Source: an uncultured Chitinophagaceae bacterium (GTDB taxonomy: Bacteria; Bacteroidota; Bacteroidia; Chitinophagales; Chitinophagaceae). From it: 64,000 bases of DNA. A model generated the notes under the pieces. The model searched no databases. It was not told the DNA's origin and worked only from the letters and a program-made list of their open reading frames with translations. This document shows, in pieces, positions 40,664 to 50,906 of the stretch. The stretch lies in the NCBI GenBank assembly GCA_963726895.1, contig CAVSED010000026.1, forward strand, positions 128 to 64,127, written 5' to 3'. Position numbers and translations under genes: made by a program. Positions within the stretch are counted from its first letter, which is position 1, and each line of letters starts with the position of its first letter.

Positions 40664-41563
40664 CTAGAACAGGAAAGTCACATGCACCATTCCCATGACT
40701 TTGGTCTTGGTTTGTCCGTTTGATAGGTTTTGGGTAATGGGGACTTGCGCATTTACACCTACTGCCAGGCGGGCAAAATTGACATCGGCACCGGCAGCGG
40801 CGCGCAGGGTATTTCCACCAGTATCTTCTATTTTAGCAGTGGTCTCGTTGGCGCCTAAAGACTCATATACCAGCCCCACATTTGGATTGAGTGTTGTAGT
40901 GCCCGCAGTATTTTGAAACGAATGAAAAACAAAACCGGTTGCGGTAAAACGGTTGCCAAACCGGAACCCTTCAGCTTGCTGGTTGATCTTATAATTGACA
41001 TTTGTATTTACACCCCAATTATTAACATGCAGGGTGTACATGGCATTGAGAAGAAAATCGAGGCTGCCTGTTCCTGCCTGGTTATTGGCATCGGGAATGA
41101 TCTCTTCTTCATCAGGAGAAAATTTACCGGTTGGTAATTTAACTCCACCGCCGATCCACAGTTGCTGGCTCACCATTTTACCGGCACCCATGTTGCGCAG
41201 GTCTAAAATTTTTCGGTTAAGGATAAAACTTACATCACCCAGCCCGGTAGCTGTGCGTGTGCCATCGTCGGAGGTTTGCCTGTTGATGTTGTAAGGTACA
41301 AAGCCCAGCACCTGCCACTTCTTGCCCAGGTTTACTCCACCCCACAATTCCACACTCTGGTAGAAGTCTTTGCTGTATTGATCAGGGTCAGCGTTTAACC
41401 GGCTTTCAAAGCTTCTGAAGGAATAACGGGTACCAAAAAAATGACTGCGAAACTGCGGAAACGGCCCAAGGAAATAGTTGCCCGAACTGCAGCCGCAGAT
41501 GTCGCAGGCATGGGAGGAAAATGCAACTAAAAACAGAAGCGCAATAAATGAAATTTTTTTCAT
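40664..41563 (-). CDS. Outer-membrane 'transporter' family beta-barrel with N-terminal CDICGC motif
   Basis: Signal peptide, CDICGC, GLGDV, GGGVKLPTG, QAGTGSLD, C-terminal Phe. Confidence 0.75.
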   Translation of the reverse strand: MKKISFIALLFLVAFSSHACDICGCSSGNYFLGPFPQFRSHFFGTRYSFRSFESRLNADPDQYSKDFYQSVELWGGVNLGKKWQVLGFVPYNINRQTSDDGTRTATGLGDVSFILNRKILDLRNMGAGKMVSQQLWIGGGVKLPTGKFSPDEEEIIPDANNQAGTGSLDFLLNAMYTLHVNNWGVNTNVNYKINQQAEGFRFGNRFTATGFVFHSFQNTAGTTTLNPNVGLVYESLGANETTAKIEDTGGNTLRAAAGADVNFARLAVGVNAQVPITQNLSNGQTKTKVMGMVHVTFLF

Positions 41564-41717
41564 GGAGTAAAAATTGGTGCGTAAAGATAGCGTACACAGT
41601 TTCGTATGTTGCTGCTTGTGTAAAAAAGATACAGGTTGTTTTGTCTCTTAGATTCTACTGATTATGTCTTCCCGCCGGGGTTGTTTTTTAGATTGTTACT
41701 TAATCAACACTTCGTCT

Positions 41718-41996
41718 CGAATTTTTGTGCAACTCTGTGTCTTTGTGTCTTCGTGGTTCAAATGCTCGAGTTTGAGACTCCTCCTTGCGCCGGAATGACA
41801 AAGGCTCTGTCGTCTAATGACAAGAACACTTTGTGCAAGGCTGTGTCTTTGTGCCTTTGTGGTTCAAACTTTTGTGCAACGCTGTGCCTTTTGTACCGTT
41901 GTTGTTCGTTTACTCATAGTTCAACAAAGAGAACAAAGTACACGAGTGCGACGCAACAATGTCTCCACAAAGAACTACTGCCTGGCTCAACAAAAA
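41718..41996 (-). repeat. Repeat cluster: CCAC(A/G)AAG.CACAAAG units, GTCATTCCG..GGAG..TCTCA unit and a type A bipartite copy (41938-41996)
   Basis: Reverse-complement similarity to 27865-27985. Confidence 0.8.
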
Positions 41997-42018
41997 ACCT
42001 CGCGGACTTAACGCTTAC

Positions 42019-43896
42019 CTACTTCATCAACTCTAATACGATGGCTGTTTTTGCAGGCAACGTTACGGTAGCCAAACCGGTAATTTTTTCGCGGGTGATC
42101 ACATTGATAGCAGCGGTAAAGCCATTCATACGCTCTGCAAAGCGAGCGGTGTTCAATTGTATGTCTTTATCGGTGGTGTTGGTGGCGACCATGATGGTTT
42201 TACCGGCATTGTAGCGGAAGTAAACATAGGTGCCATTTTGCGGTACATACTGCATCATTTTGCCCGAGTTGAGCGCCGGCGTATTCTTGCGGTAGTTTGC
42301 CAGCGCCTTCACATAATTGAAGGCTTCGTTCTCTTTTTTGTTGCGTCCGGCGGCCGTAAACTTATTGTCTTTATCGCCCATAAAACCACCGGGAAAATCG
42401 AGCCGTACCTGCGCATCATCGGGGTCTTTAAAGTTCTTCATCAGTATCTCTGTGCCATAGTACCACGAGGGTATGCCACGCGTAGTAAGCAGCCAGGTAA
42501 CACCCATTTTATACTTGTCAAAGTCGTTGCCAATGACAGAAAGATAGCGATCCATATCGTGGTTGTCGAGCGACGTGACGAGCTTCATCGGGTCAGCAAA
42601 AACAACATCTTCAGCCAGTGTCTGGTACACATGATTAACGCCATTGTCCCAGCCAAAGTTTTCTTTCAACGCATCGAGCATGGCATAGTTGAGCGGAAAA
42701 TCGAGCGTGCCAGGCAGGTTACTTTTAAATGGAAAATCAACTTTATTTTTCACAAAATAAGATAGCTCTAACGGTCGCGAAGCAGTGGACTCGCCAAACA
42801 AATGAATATGCGGATACTCGTTGAGCAAAGCCTTGTTGCAGTCGTTCATAAATTGCTGGTCGTTGTACTTATAGGTATCAATACGCCAGGCATCAAGGCT
42901 AAACATTTCGGTACACCAGATGGCATGTTGTATCAGGTATTTAGCCAGGAAAGGATTACGTTGATTTAGATCGGGCAGAAAGGAAGTGAACCAACCATCG
43001 GTGAGCAGTTTTTGATCGATAGTTGCAGCATGCGGGTCAAACAGCGGCGGGTCTTTGTGCGAACTGCCGGTATAGGTTGGCCAATTGTTTATCCAGTCTT
43101 TTGAGGGCAGGTCTTTGTACAACCAATGATCGTCGCTGATGTGGTTATACACTGCATCCTGCACCAGCTTCATGCCGCGGCGGTGTACTTCTTTCGAGAA
43201 AGTAATGTAACCTTCATTGCCCCCAAAGCGCGGATCAATTTTATAGTGATCGGTAAAATGGTAACCATGATAACCCGCCTGCATACGGTCGGGCGCTTCG
43301 GCTTTAAGGCTTTCGTCGTTGTCTAAAACGGGCGTCAACCACAGGGCAGTTACACCCAGTTCTTTTAAATAATCAAGGTGGTCTTCTATGCCTTTAAAAT
43401 CGCCGCCATGGCGCAGGTAGGGGTTGCTGCGATCAGCCGACGCATCCAGCATACCGGCAAATTTATCGTTCGACGTATCGCCGTTTGCAAAGCGGTCGGG
43501 CATGATCAGGTAGATAAGATCTGCCGACGAAACCCCCGTTCCTTTTGGCTCCCGCGTGCGGGCTTTTAGCTCAAACAGCCGGGTAATTTTCACCCTTCCG
43601 GTAGTTCCGTTGATCTTCACCATACCGGGTTTTGCCGCCGCAGAAATGTTGAGGTTTAGAAACGCATAATTGGGGTTCTCGACTTTGCTGGTGCTCAGCA
43701 GCATTACGCCGGGATAAGTAACCGTATAGGAAAGTGTACCTGCCCCTGGACCATGTATCAACAGTTGCAAATTATGATTTTGCATACCCACCCACCAGTT
43801 GGTAGGGTCTATACGCTCAATAGCCGGCGTGCTATTTTGCGCATACATCGAAATGGAAAAAGAGAATAGCCAGGCAAAGACAAGTAAACGTTTCAT
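42019..43896 (-). CDS. GH13 neopullulanase/cyclomaltodextrinase (SusA-like)
   Basis: IYLIMPDRFANGD, HGGDFKG, YHGY, WRIDT, DNHD. Confidence 0.92.
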   Translation of the reverse strand: MKRLLVFAWLFSFSISMYAQNSTPAIERIDPTNWWVGMQNHNLQLLIHGPGAGTLSYTVTYPGVMLLSTSKVENPNYAFLNLNISAAAKPGMVKINGTTGRVKITRLFELKARTREPKGTGVSSADLIYLIMPDRFANGDTSNDKFAGMLDASADRSNPYLRHGGDFKGIEDHLDYLKELGVTALWLTPVLDNDESLKAEAPDRMQAGYHGYHFTDHYKIDPRFGGNEGYITFSKEVHRRGMKLVQDAVYNHISDDHWLYKDLPSKDWINNWPTYTGSSHKDPPLFDPHAATIDQKLLTDGWFTSFLPDLNQRNPFLAKYLIQHAIWCTEMFSLDAWRIDTYKYNDQQFMNDCNKALLNEYPHIHLFGESTASRPLELSYFVKNKVDFPFKSNLPGTLDFPLNYAMLDALKENFGWDNGVNHVYQTLAEDVVFADPMKLVTSLDNHDMDRYLSVIGNDFDKYKMGVTWLLTTRGIPSWYYGTEILMKNFKDPDDAQVRLDFPGGFMGDKDNKFTAAGRNKKENEAFNYVKALANYRKNTPALNSGKMMQYVPQNGTYVYFRYNAGKTIMVATNTTDKDIQLNTARFAERMNGFTAAINVITREKITGLATVTLPAKTAIVLELMK

Positions 43897-43992
43897 AACA
43901 ATGCAATTGGTGAGGCAGCAAATTTATTGCAATGCTGCCGATGCCGGTAATCAACTTATCATGAAAAAATTCAGAAGATAAGAAAAGAGAAT

Positions 43993-44252
43993 TATGGGCC
44001 AATGCCGGGGAATTCTATTTGGCTTTTGTTGCGTCGCACTCTTGTACTGATGGTCTGTGCGCAGCTTCAGGCCGCTGTTTTCGCGCGCTCTGGTCTTGCG
44101 AGCATTTAGCTTCTCCTGGCTTTCTATGTGCTGCTTAAAAACGGTACGTGTAGTTGCTTATACGTTTCCAGGTTTGCTGCACCAGGGCTATGCCGTACAC
44201 GCTGTGCGACGCAAGAGAAGGTAAATAGAATTACTACTGCCGGGTACCCAAA
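43993..44252. repeat. Inverted pair of type A bipartite repeats
   Basis: GTTGCGTCGCAC at ~44028 and GTGCGACGCAAG at ~44204. Confidence 0.75.
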
Positions 44253-44256
44253 CGCA

Positions 44257-45837
44257 TCAAACATCTGCACGGGTATATTCACCATTTACCTTGCGCATAA
44301 TGTTAAGTTCGTTTTTGTTTTGCAGCGCTACAGGCAACAGGTCTGCCGGGCAGTCTTGCCAGCAAACGGGGCGCACAAAACGTTTGATGGCATCGGCGCC
44401 AACCGAAGTACTGTTGGCATTGGTCGTAGCCGGAAACGGTCCGCCATGCACCATGGCATGCCCGACCTCTACACCTGTTGGCACACCGCTAAACAACACC
44501 CTGCCCACTTTTTGGGTAACCGCGTCAATGCACTCAGCAAAAGTGGCAAGATCATTTGCAGTGCCTAAAACGGTGGCGGTAAGCTGACCGTGCAAAGCCT
44601 GCAACGCGTGCAGCATCTCGGTTTTGTCGCTGCAGATTACCAGCATAGACGACGGCCCAAAAAGCTCGGTTTGAAGATTGCCGTTCTTTATAAAGTCTGA
44701 TGCCGCAACGGCAGTAAGAAAAGGGGTTGCTTTATTGGTGATGGAAAGGTCATCGCCCTGCAGCAAAACCATTGCGCCTTCGGTGCGCAGCATCTGCCTG
44801 CCTTTGTAGTAGTTTTTGCTAATGCCAGTGTTAAGCATGGTGGTGGGCGGCGTAGCTGCCAAAGCATGGGTCAACTTCCGGGCAAAGTCGTCAGTTTGAT
44901 TGTCTTTCAATAAAAAGATCAGCCCCGGATTGGTGCAAAACTGACCTGCGCCCAAGGTAATAGAACCAGCTAACTGCGCAGGCAGATTAGGATCAGCGGC
45001 TATTTTTTCGGGTAATAATAGCACCGGGTTGATACTGCTCATTTCAGCAAAAACAGGGATTGGCGTATGCCGCTCTGTAGCAGCAGTTTTAAAAATAGAC
45101 ATGCCGGCAGTATAAGATCCGGTAAAGCCGACTGCTTTTATGCCTTCGTGTTTTACCAATTGCAGACCTGTAACAGGGCCTTCGCCAATTACGAATGAGA
45201 AGACGCCTTCGGGCAGGTCGCATTTAGCTACAGCTTTTTGAATGGCACTACCCACCAATTCGTTGGTACCCAGGTGAGAGTCATGTGCTTTAACGATGAC
45301 CGGGTTGCCGCCAGCCAGTGCAGAGGCTGTGTCGCCACCGGCAGTGGAGAAAGCGAAGGGAAAATTGCTGGCGCCGAAAACAGCAACTGGTCCCATGGGA
45401 ACCAACATTTTGCGCAAGTCGGGGCGCGGCAATGGGGTTCTGTCGGGCATGGCTGTGTCAATGACGGCTTCCACCCACGACCCTTCGCGCAACAGTGCAG
45501 CGAATAATTTCAACTGCCCGGTGGTACGTCCGCGTTCTCCTATGAGACGAGGCTGGGGTAAGCCTGTTTCCAACATGGCGCGTTCTATCAATTCATCACC
45601 TATCGTCATGATTTCATCTGCAATCGTTTCTAAAAATTGGGCGCGCTTTTCAGGTGTTATCTGTCGATATTGTACAAAAGCAGCTATGGCTTTTTCAACG
45701 GCTGTGTTCACCTCTTCGGTAGTGGCGATGCTAAATTGCTCCGGCAACTTTTCGGTCGTAGCAGCATTTACAGCTTGCATTGTGGCTGTTCCCTTTTTGC
45801 TTTCTTGTGCGCCTAGTATATTAGTTCCTTTCAACAT
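44257..45837 (-). CDS. NADP-dependent aldehyde dehydrogenase (alpha-ketoglutaric semialdehyde dehydrogenase type)
   Basis: FGASNFPFAFSTAGGDTASALA, GQFCTNPG, HGGPFPATT. Confidence 0.92.
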   Translation of the reverse strand: MLKGTNILGAQESKKGTATMQAVNAATTEKLPEQFSIATTEEVNTAVEKAIAAFVQYRQITPEKRAQFLETIADEIMTIGDELIERAMLETGLPQPRLIGERGRTTGQLKLFAALLREGSWVEAVIDTAMPDRTPLPRPDLRKMLVPMGPVAVFGASNFPFAFSTAGGDTASALAGGNPVIVKAHDSHLGTNELVGSAIQKAVAKCDLPEGVFSFVIGEGPVTGLQLVKHEGIKAVGFTGSYTAGMSIFKTAATERHTPIPVFAEMSSINPVLLLPEKIAADPNLPAQLAGSITLGAGQFCTNPGLIFLLKDNQTDDFARKLTHALAATPPTTMLNTGISKNYYKGRQMLRTEGAMVLLQGDDLSITNKATPFLTAVAASDFIKNGNLQTELFGPSSMLVICSDKTEMLHALQALHGQLTATVLGTANDLATFAECIDAVTQKVGRVLFSGVPTGVEVGHAMVHGGPFPATTNANSTSVGADAIKRFVRPVCWQDCPADLLPVALQNKNELNIMRKVNGEYTRADV

Positions 45838-46765
45838 TTTCTTCTATTTCCAGGTTAAGGTATTGTGGTAGTTCGGGCCGGGTTTCTATGGCTTTGTTAA
45901 TGACAGCTAAAATCTTATCTCTTTCTTTTCCTGCTATTGGCAGGCGTGGCGCACGCACATATTCGCTGCCAAGACCGGTTTTGGTGGCCGCCAGTTTTAT
46001 GTATTGCACCAGTTTCGGATGAATGTCTAGCTCAAGCACTGGCAAGAACCAGCGATAAATAGTAAGCGCCTGCGCATATTGCCCGGCTTTCATCAGGCGA
46101 TAGATAGCTACGGTCTCCGCTGGAAAGGCATCGACCAGACCGCCAACCCAGCCATCGCAGCCCAGAGCAAGTTCTTCCAACGCCAGGGTATCTACACCGC
46201 AAAGAATTTTATAGCGGTCGCCAAAAGCATTTTTGAGGCGGGTAACATTCGACACATCGCGGGTTGATTCTTTAACCGCTTGTATGGAAGCAATGGATGC
46301 CAGTTCTTCGAACATGTCCAGGGTTACTTCTATTTTATAATCGTAGGGATTGTTATAGAGCATGATGGGCAGCGAAGTATTGGCTGCTATGGTTTTGAAG
46401 TATTGTAGTGTCTCCTGCTCGTCGGCTTTGTAGCGCATGGGTGGCAGCAGCATGAGACCGTCAGCCCCGGCATTTTCTGCATCCTGTGCTGCCTTCACCG
46501 CTTCCCGTGTTGCCTGTTCGGCAATGTTCATGATCACAGGTATTTTGCCTGCAGCATATTCTTTGGCGGCCAGCAATAAATCGCGCTTTTCGGCCGCTGT
46601 CAGGGTACTTGCTTCTCCCAACGAGCCGCCCAGCACAGCGCCATCGATACCCGCCTGCATTTGTGCCGACAGATTTTTTTCGAAGAGATTAAAATCAATT
46701 TGATCGTTGAAATTGAATGGAGTTAATAACGCGGGATACACTCCAGTCCAGGAAACATTGGGCAT
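45821..46765 (-). CDS. Dihydrodipicolinate synthase family protein (hydroxyproline-pathway deaminase type)
   Basis: WTGVYPA, GSLGEASTL, MLYNNP, AVKES, LVQYIKL. Confidence 0.88.
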   Translation of the reverse strand: MPNVSWTGVYPALLTPFNFNDQIDFNLFEKNLSAQMQAGIDGAVLGGSLGEASTLTAAEKRDLLLAAKEYAAGKIPVIMNIAEQATREAVKAAQDAENAGADGLMLLPPMRYKADEQETLQYFKTIAANTSLPIMLYNNPYDYKIEVTLDMFEELASIASIQAVKESTRDVSNVTRLKNAFGDRYKILCGVDTLALEELALGCDGWVGGLVDAFPAETVAIYRLMKAGQYAQALTIYRWFLPVLELDIHPKLVQYIKLAATKTGLGSEYVRAPRLPIAGKERDKILAVINKAIETRPELPQYLNLEIEENVERN

Positions 46766-47179
46766 AATAGAAGATTGTAGTAGATAAATATTTGATCAAA
46801 AGTAGGCAGTAATCTCGTAGGTATCTTACTGTAAATAGCGGAGAATGAACTGATTTTACGCAACTCCATATATCTAATAAATAAGCGCTAATTGATAATG
46901 AAAACCCGGCGCAAAAAATTTAGACTTTGAGCCCGAAAATGCGAATGTTCCGCAAATAATCATTGGCACCCAATAAACTTATAAGTTTGATTTAAATGTT
47001 TTTGAAATCAAAGTGCAGGCAAAAAAATAATTTTAAACAGACATCTGAAAATTGACTTTCATAATCGCTGCCGTCTGTTGCAAAATGAAACCTTAGGTGG
47101 TAATTTACATTGTACAAGCCTACCCGATAAAGGATAGAGGCGGTATTACAATTTATTACTTACAACCAAAACCCTCTTT

Positions 47180-48964
47180 ATGCGAAAATCTACTTTGCAA
47201 AAAACTCTATTTGCGTCAATCTTTTTTGTCTTTGCACTATTTTGCAGCCCGCCTTCTTCCACTGCTCAATGCAATATTGTTGCCTACAATGGTGTTGCCG
47301 ATGTGGGAAGTCAGGACTTCAACGAGCGAGTGGGTTTGAACTTTACGTTAAACAGTCCTGTAACCATTACTGCTCTCGGTGTATTTGATGATGGTCAAAA
47401 CGGTCTGACAACTACCATCCAGGTTGGTATCATTCGCACTTCTGACGGAACAACCGTTGCAGGCCCAATAAGTATAACCGGCAGCAGTGATCCATTGGAG
47501 TTTAAATTTAGGATGCGTTCGATCTCCCCTGTTATTTTAGCAGTGGGGAACTATGTAGTTGTTGCAGTGGGTTTCAATACTGCCAACCCGGAAGGAAATA
47601 GTACGGTTGGCTCAAACTATCCCGGCACTGAGACCAATTCGGGAGGCGGTTTAATTAATTTCACCAACGCAAGTTTTGGTGGCGTTGGTTTCGGCCCACC
47701 AACACAGTCCTACCCTACCCCCAATTTATTTCATGCCGGCACGTTTAAGTTTTCGGCTGTGTCGCCGGATACTGACGGAGATGAAATTGGCGATGCCTGT
47801 GATGTAGATGACGACAATGATGGTGTATTGGATGTAAATGACAACTGTCCGCTGATTGCCAATGCAAACCAGGCTGATAACGATGGTGATGGCATCGGAG
47901 ATGCGTGTGACCCTGACGATGACAATGATGGAATATTGGATGGTAATGATAACTGCCCGCTAACCTACAATCCAGACCAGACCGATGCTGACCATGATGG
48001 CATTGGAGATGTTTGCGATCTGGTTACAATTATAGATACCGACGGAGACGGAGTGCCGGACGCAACCGACAATTGTCCATTCGTTGCTAATCCAAACCAG
48101 GCTGATGCAGACCATGATGGGATCGGTGATGTTTGTGATACAAATAATGCAAATGATAAGGATGGAGATGGAATTGTCGATTCAAAAGACAACTGCCCAG
48201 GTATTGCCAATGCCGATCAGGCTGACTATGACCATGATGGTAAAGGAGACGTTTGTGATAATGATGACGATAATGATGGACGTCCGGATGTTAGTGACAA
48301 TTGTCCTTTAATGTTCAATCCACTTCAACTTGATTTTGACCACGATGGCATTGGTAATGCCTGTGACCCGGATGACGATAATGATGGTAAGCCCGATACG
48401 AAAGATAATTGTCCGTATTGTGCAAATCCAAACCAGGCCGATATGGACCATGATGGTATTGGAGATGCCTGCGATCTAGATATAGATGGTGACGGAGTAC
48501 TTAACTTCTTTGACTGTGCTCCCTACGATAAATCGAATTTTAAATGGCAGATGTGTCACAAGGGTCAGCTTATTTGTGTTGACAAAAGTTTAGTACTATA
48601 TCACCTGTTACATGGCGACTACCTTGGCTCCTGTAGGTCTGGTTATAACGGACTTGCACGTCCGGCAGATGAAGAAAAAGCTCCAATTCCTCAAACGCTG
48701 AACCTGTCAAACTACCCCAATCCGTTTGTTACAACAACAACTATCACCTACGATTTGCCGATAGATTGCAAAGTGTCACTGAGGATCTATGATCAGTTAG
48801 GCAGAATGGTTTCATCGTTGGTTGAAGGTGAAAAGAAAGCAGGGACCTATAAAGTAACTTTTGCTAACGCAAAATCTGGAAACGGCAATCTTTTTTGCCG
48901 GATAATAGTCATTGCCAAAGATCAGCAGATGACAAAATCTATCAGTCTGCTCAGACAGAAATAA
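47180..48964 (+). CDS. Thrombospondin type 3 repeat protein with T9SS CTD
   Basis: Multiple DNCP...NxxQxDxDxDGIGDAC repeats; NYPNPF C-terminal domain. Confidence 0.9.
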   Translation: MRKSTLQKTLFASIFFVFALFCSPPSSTAQCNIVAYNGVADVGSQDFNERVGLNFTLNSPVTITALGVFDDGQNGLTTTIQVGIIRTSDGTTVAGPISITGSSDPLEFKFRMRSISPVILAVGNYVVVAVGFNTANPEGNSTVGSNYPGTETNSGGGLINFTNASFGGVGFGPPTQSYPTPNLFHAGTFKFSAVSPDTDGDEIGDACDVDDDNDGVLDVNDNCPLIANANQADNDGDGIGDACDPDDDNDGILDGNDNCPLTYNPDQTDADHDGIGDVCDLVTIIDTDGDGVPDATDNCPFVANPNQADADHDGIGDVCDTNNANDKDGDGIVDSKDNCPGIANADQADYDHDGKGDVCDNDDDNDGRPDVSDNCPLMFNPLQLDFDHDGIGNACDPDDDNDGKPDTKDNCPYCANPNQADMDHDGIGDACDLDIDGDGVLNFFDCAPYDKSNFKWQMCHKGQLICVDKSLVLYHLLHGDYLGSCRSGYNGLARPADEEKAPIPQTLNLSNYPNPFVTTTTITYDLPIDCKVSLRIYDQLGRMVSSLVEGEKKAGTYKVTFANAKSGNGNLFCRIIVIAKDQQMTKSISLLRQK

Positions 48965-49015
48965 AGATTTATCTACAACCCGGTTTCGACCGGGTTGTAG
49001 ATAAATCTTTATTTC
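48958..49015. terminator. 27-bp perfect inverted repeat with TTCG loop
   Basis: GAAATAAAGATTTATCTACAACCCGGT-TTCG-ACCGGGTTGTAGATAAATCTTTATTTC. Confidence 0.7.
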
Positions 49016-49073
49016 AAAAAGTTCTTCGCAAAACAATCTGGTCTGAAACATAAAAACCGACACAACGCAACAT

Positions 49074-49105
49074 AAAAAAAGTGCACTGAAAGGTGCACTC
49101 TTTTT
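49074..49105 (-). terminator. Rho-independent terminator
   Basis: AAAAAAAGTGCAC-TGAAAG-GTGCACTCTTTTT. Confidence 0.65.
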
Positions 49106-49123
49106 ATAATTTAAAATTGCCGT

Positions 49124-49768
49124 TTATTTCTCCATCGGGCTTTTTTTACCGGCTAATAATTTTTCAACAGTGGCTTCCAATCGTCTTGTTTTGGTATCTA
49201 ATCTTTTGGCACCTTCAATCCATTCAACGTATTCCTTTTGGTGTATTGTTGACAAGTTTTGGAAAACTTCCCGTGCACTTTTATGAGCTGTAAACATCTT
49301 TTCCAATTCAGCGGGCGGAACAACAAGATTTTTATCAAAATCAACTCCCCTAACTTCTATTTTTTTTGCTTCAACAATTGCAGGCGCATTGCGCACAAAA
49401 CGAAGGGCACTCCAACAATGATCAAGTGTGACCTCGCAAACGCTTTGAAAATTATTCTGAACTAAGATTTGCCAGTTGCAATCACGGTTTAGATCACTGG
49501 AGATTTTACTGGTTGCTTTAGGATAAGCAACCCACAATTTACCTTCTGCGCTCAGGTTGGGAATAACCTCATTTAAGATACTATTGAATTGATTGCAATT
49601 GATGGCGAAAACAAGGGCAAAGTCAATCTTTTTCATCCTGAGAAGTGGGGTCACGTTCTTCGAGTAGGATAACTTTATGAATTGCTTTTCGATTGAGGAA
49701 GGAAGGCCTTGAATAAGAAAATTTTTCTCTGATGTGATCTCTAGTTTTTCAAACAAGCTTTGCTGCAT
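49124..49768 (-). CDS. YdeI/OmpD-associated family protein
   Basis: LWVAYPK...DLNRD...WSALRF; QKEYVEWIEGAKR..TR.RR. Confidence 0.85.
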   Translation of the reverse strand: MQQSLFEKLEITSEKNFLIQGLPSSIEKQFIKLSYSKNVTPLLRMKKIDFALVFAINCNQFNSILNEVIPNLSAEGKLWVAYPKATSKISSDLNRDCNWQILVQNNFQSVCEVTLDHCWSALRFVRNAPAIVEAKKIEVRGVDFDKNLVVPPAELEKMFTAHKSAREVFQNLSTIHQKEYVEWIEGAKRLDTKTRRLEATVEKLLAGKKSPMEK

Positions 49769-49899
49769 GCCTCAAATAGATTTAAGGGTTATTAAGAAAT
49801 AGGTGGCAAAGGTAGAAAAACTTAATGTAGAATTAAAGAAAAGTCGCTCGAATTTAACTATTGACGGTCTTTTCTTTAAATCTACTCAACAAAACATAT

Positions 49900-50721
49900 C
49901 TATTTGGAACCAATCGGGTGGTAATATTTCAGCGCTTCTGGCATTTCCTCCTGTAAACGTTGAATTCTATTTCCTTCAGCAGGGTGAGTCGCTTAAAAAC
50001 TCGGGTTGAGATTTTGCCCGCCACCCAACTTCTCCATTCTTTCCCATAAAGGTATAGCTTCTCGCGGATTATATCCCGCAAGAGCAGCATAGATCAGACC
50101 GTATTTATCTGCCTCATATTCCTGGTTTCTGCTGTGGGGCAATGATACGCCAATGGCAGAACCAAGACCGTATGCCTGCATAAAAAGATTGCGGGTTTCA
50201 GCAGGTTTGCTAGACAATGCAACTGATAATGCCATGCCGCCCAATTGTTGAAGTAAGCCTTCGCTCATCCGTTCGTTTCCGTGTTTGGCCACTGCATGTG
50301 TTACTTCATGTCCTAAAACAACCGCGAGTGCCGCTTCATTTTGTGTTACAGGTAATAAACCGGAATACACGACTATTTTGCCTCCGGGCATACACCATGC
50401 GTTTACCTGGTCACTTGTTACCAGGTTATATTCCCACTTATAACCAGCAAGCTCTGCTCCTAATCCTTTGGATGTATAAAAATTTGTGATGGCGGTCGCT
50501 ATTCTGCTACCCACTCTTTTTACCATCGCAGCATCTTTGCTTTGACTGGCACTAATCACTTTATTGGAAGCAAGAAACGATTTATATTCAGCTTTTGCCT
50601 GTTGCTGTACTGTTGCATCTGACACTAAGGACAACTGACTTCTTCCGGTGATTGCATTGGTTGTGCAGGCGACAACCAGTACCATGACCAGCAGTGATAA
50701 AAAGGAAAGCTTCTTGTTCAT
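49900..50721 (-). CDS. M48 family zinc metallopeptidase lipoprotein; 3' end frameshifted
   Basis: NAWCMPGGK, GHEVTH, EYEAD; PEFLS-THP...* recovered in shifted frames to 49900. Confidence 0.9.
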
Positions 50722-50906
50722 ACTATTTTTTTGAAGCAATAAACAATAATGATACCAACGCAAATTGGCTCTCCTAATCAATTGATAAACAAACGCAAAA
50801 TGATAGTGAACAGTAGTGTAGAATTCGTCTTTTGGATCGAGGAGTGAAAGACAAATTACTATGGAGCGACGTGCTGAAGAGGAAAAATTTATCCAGAGAA
50901 ACCACT

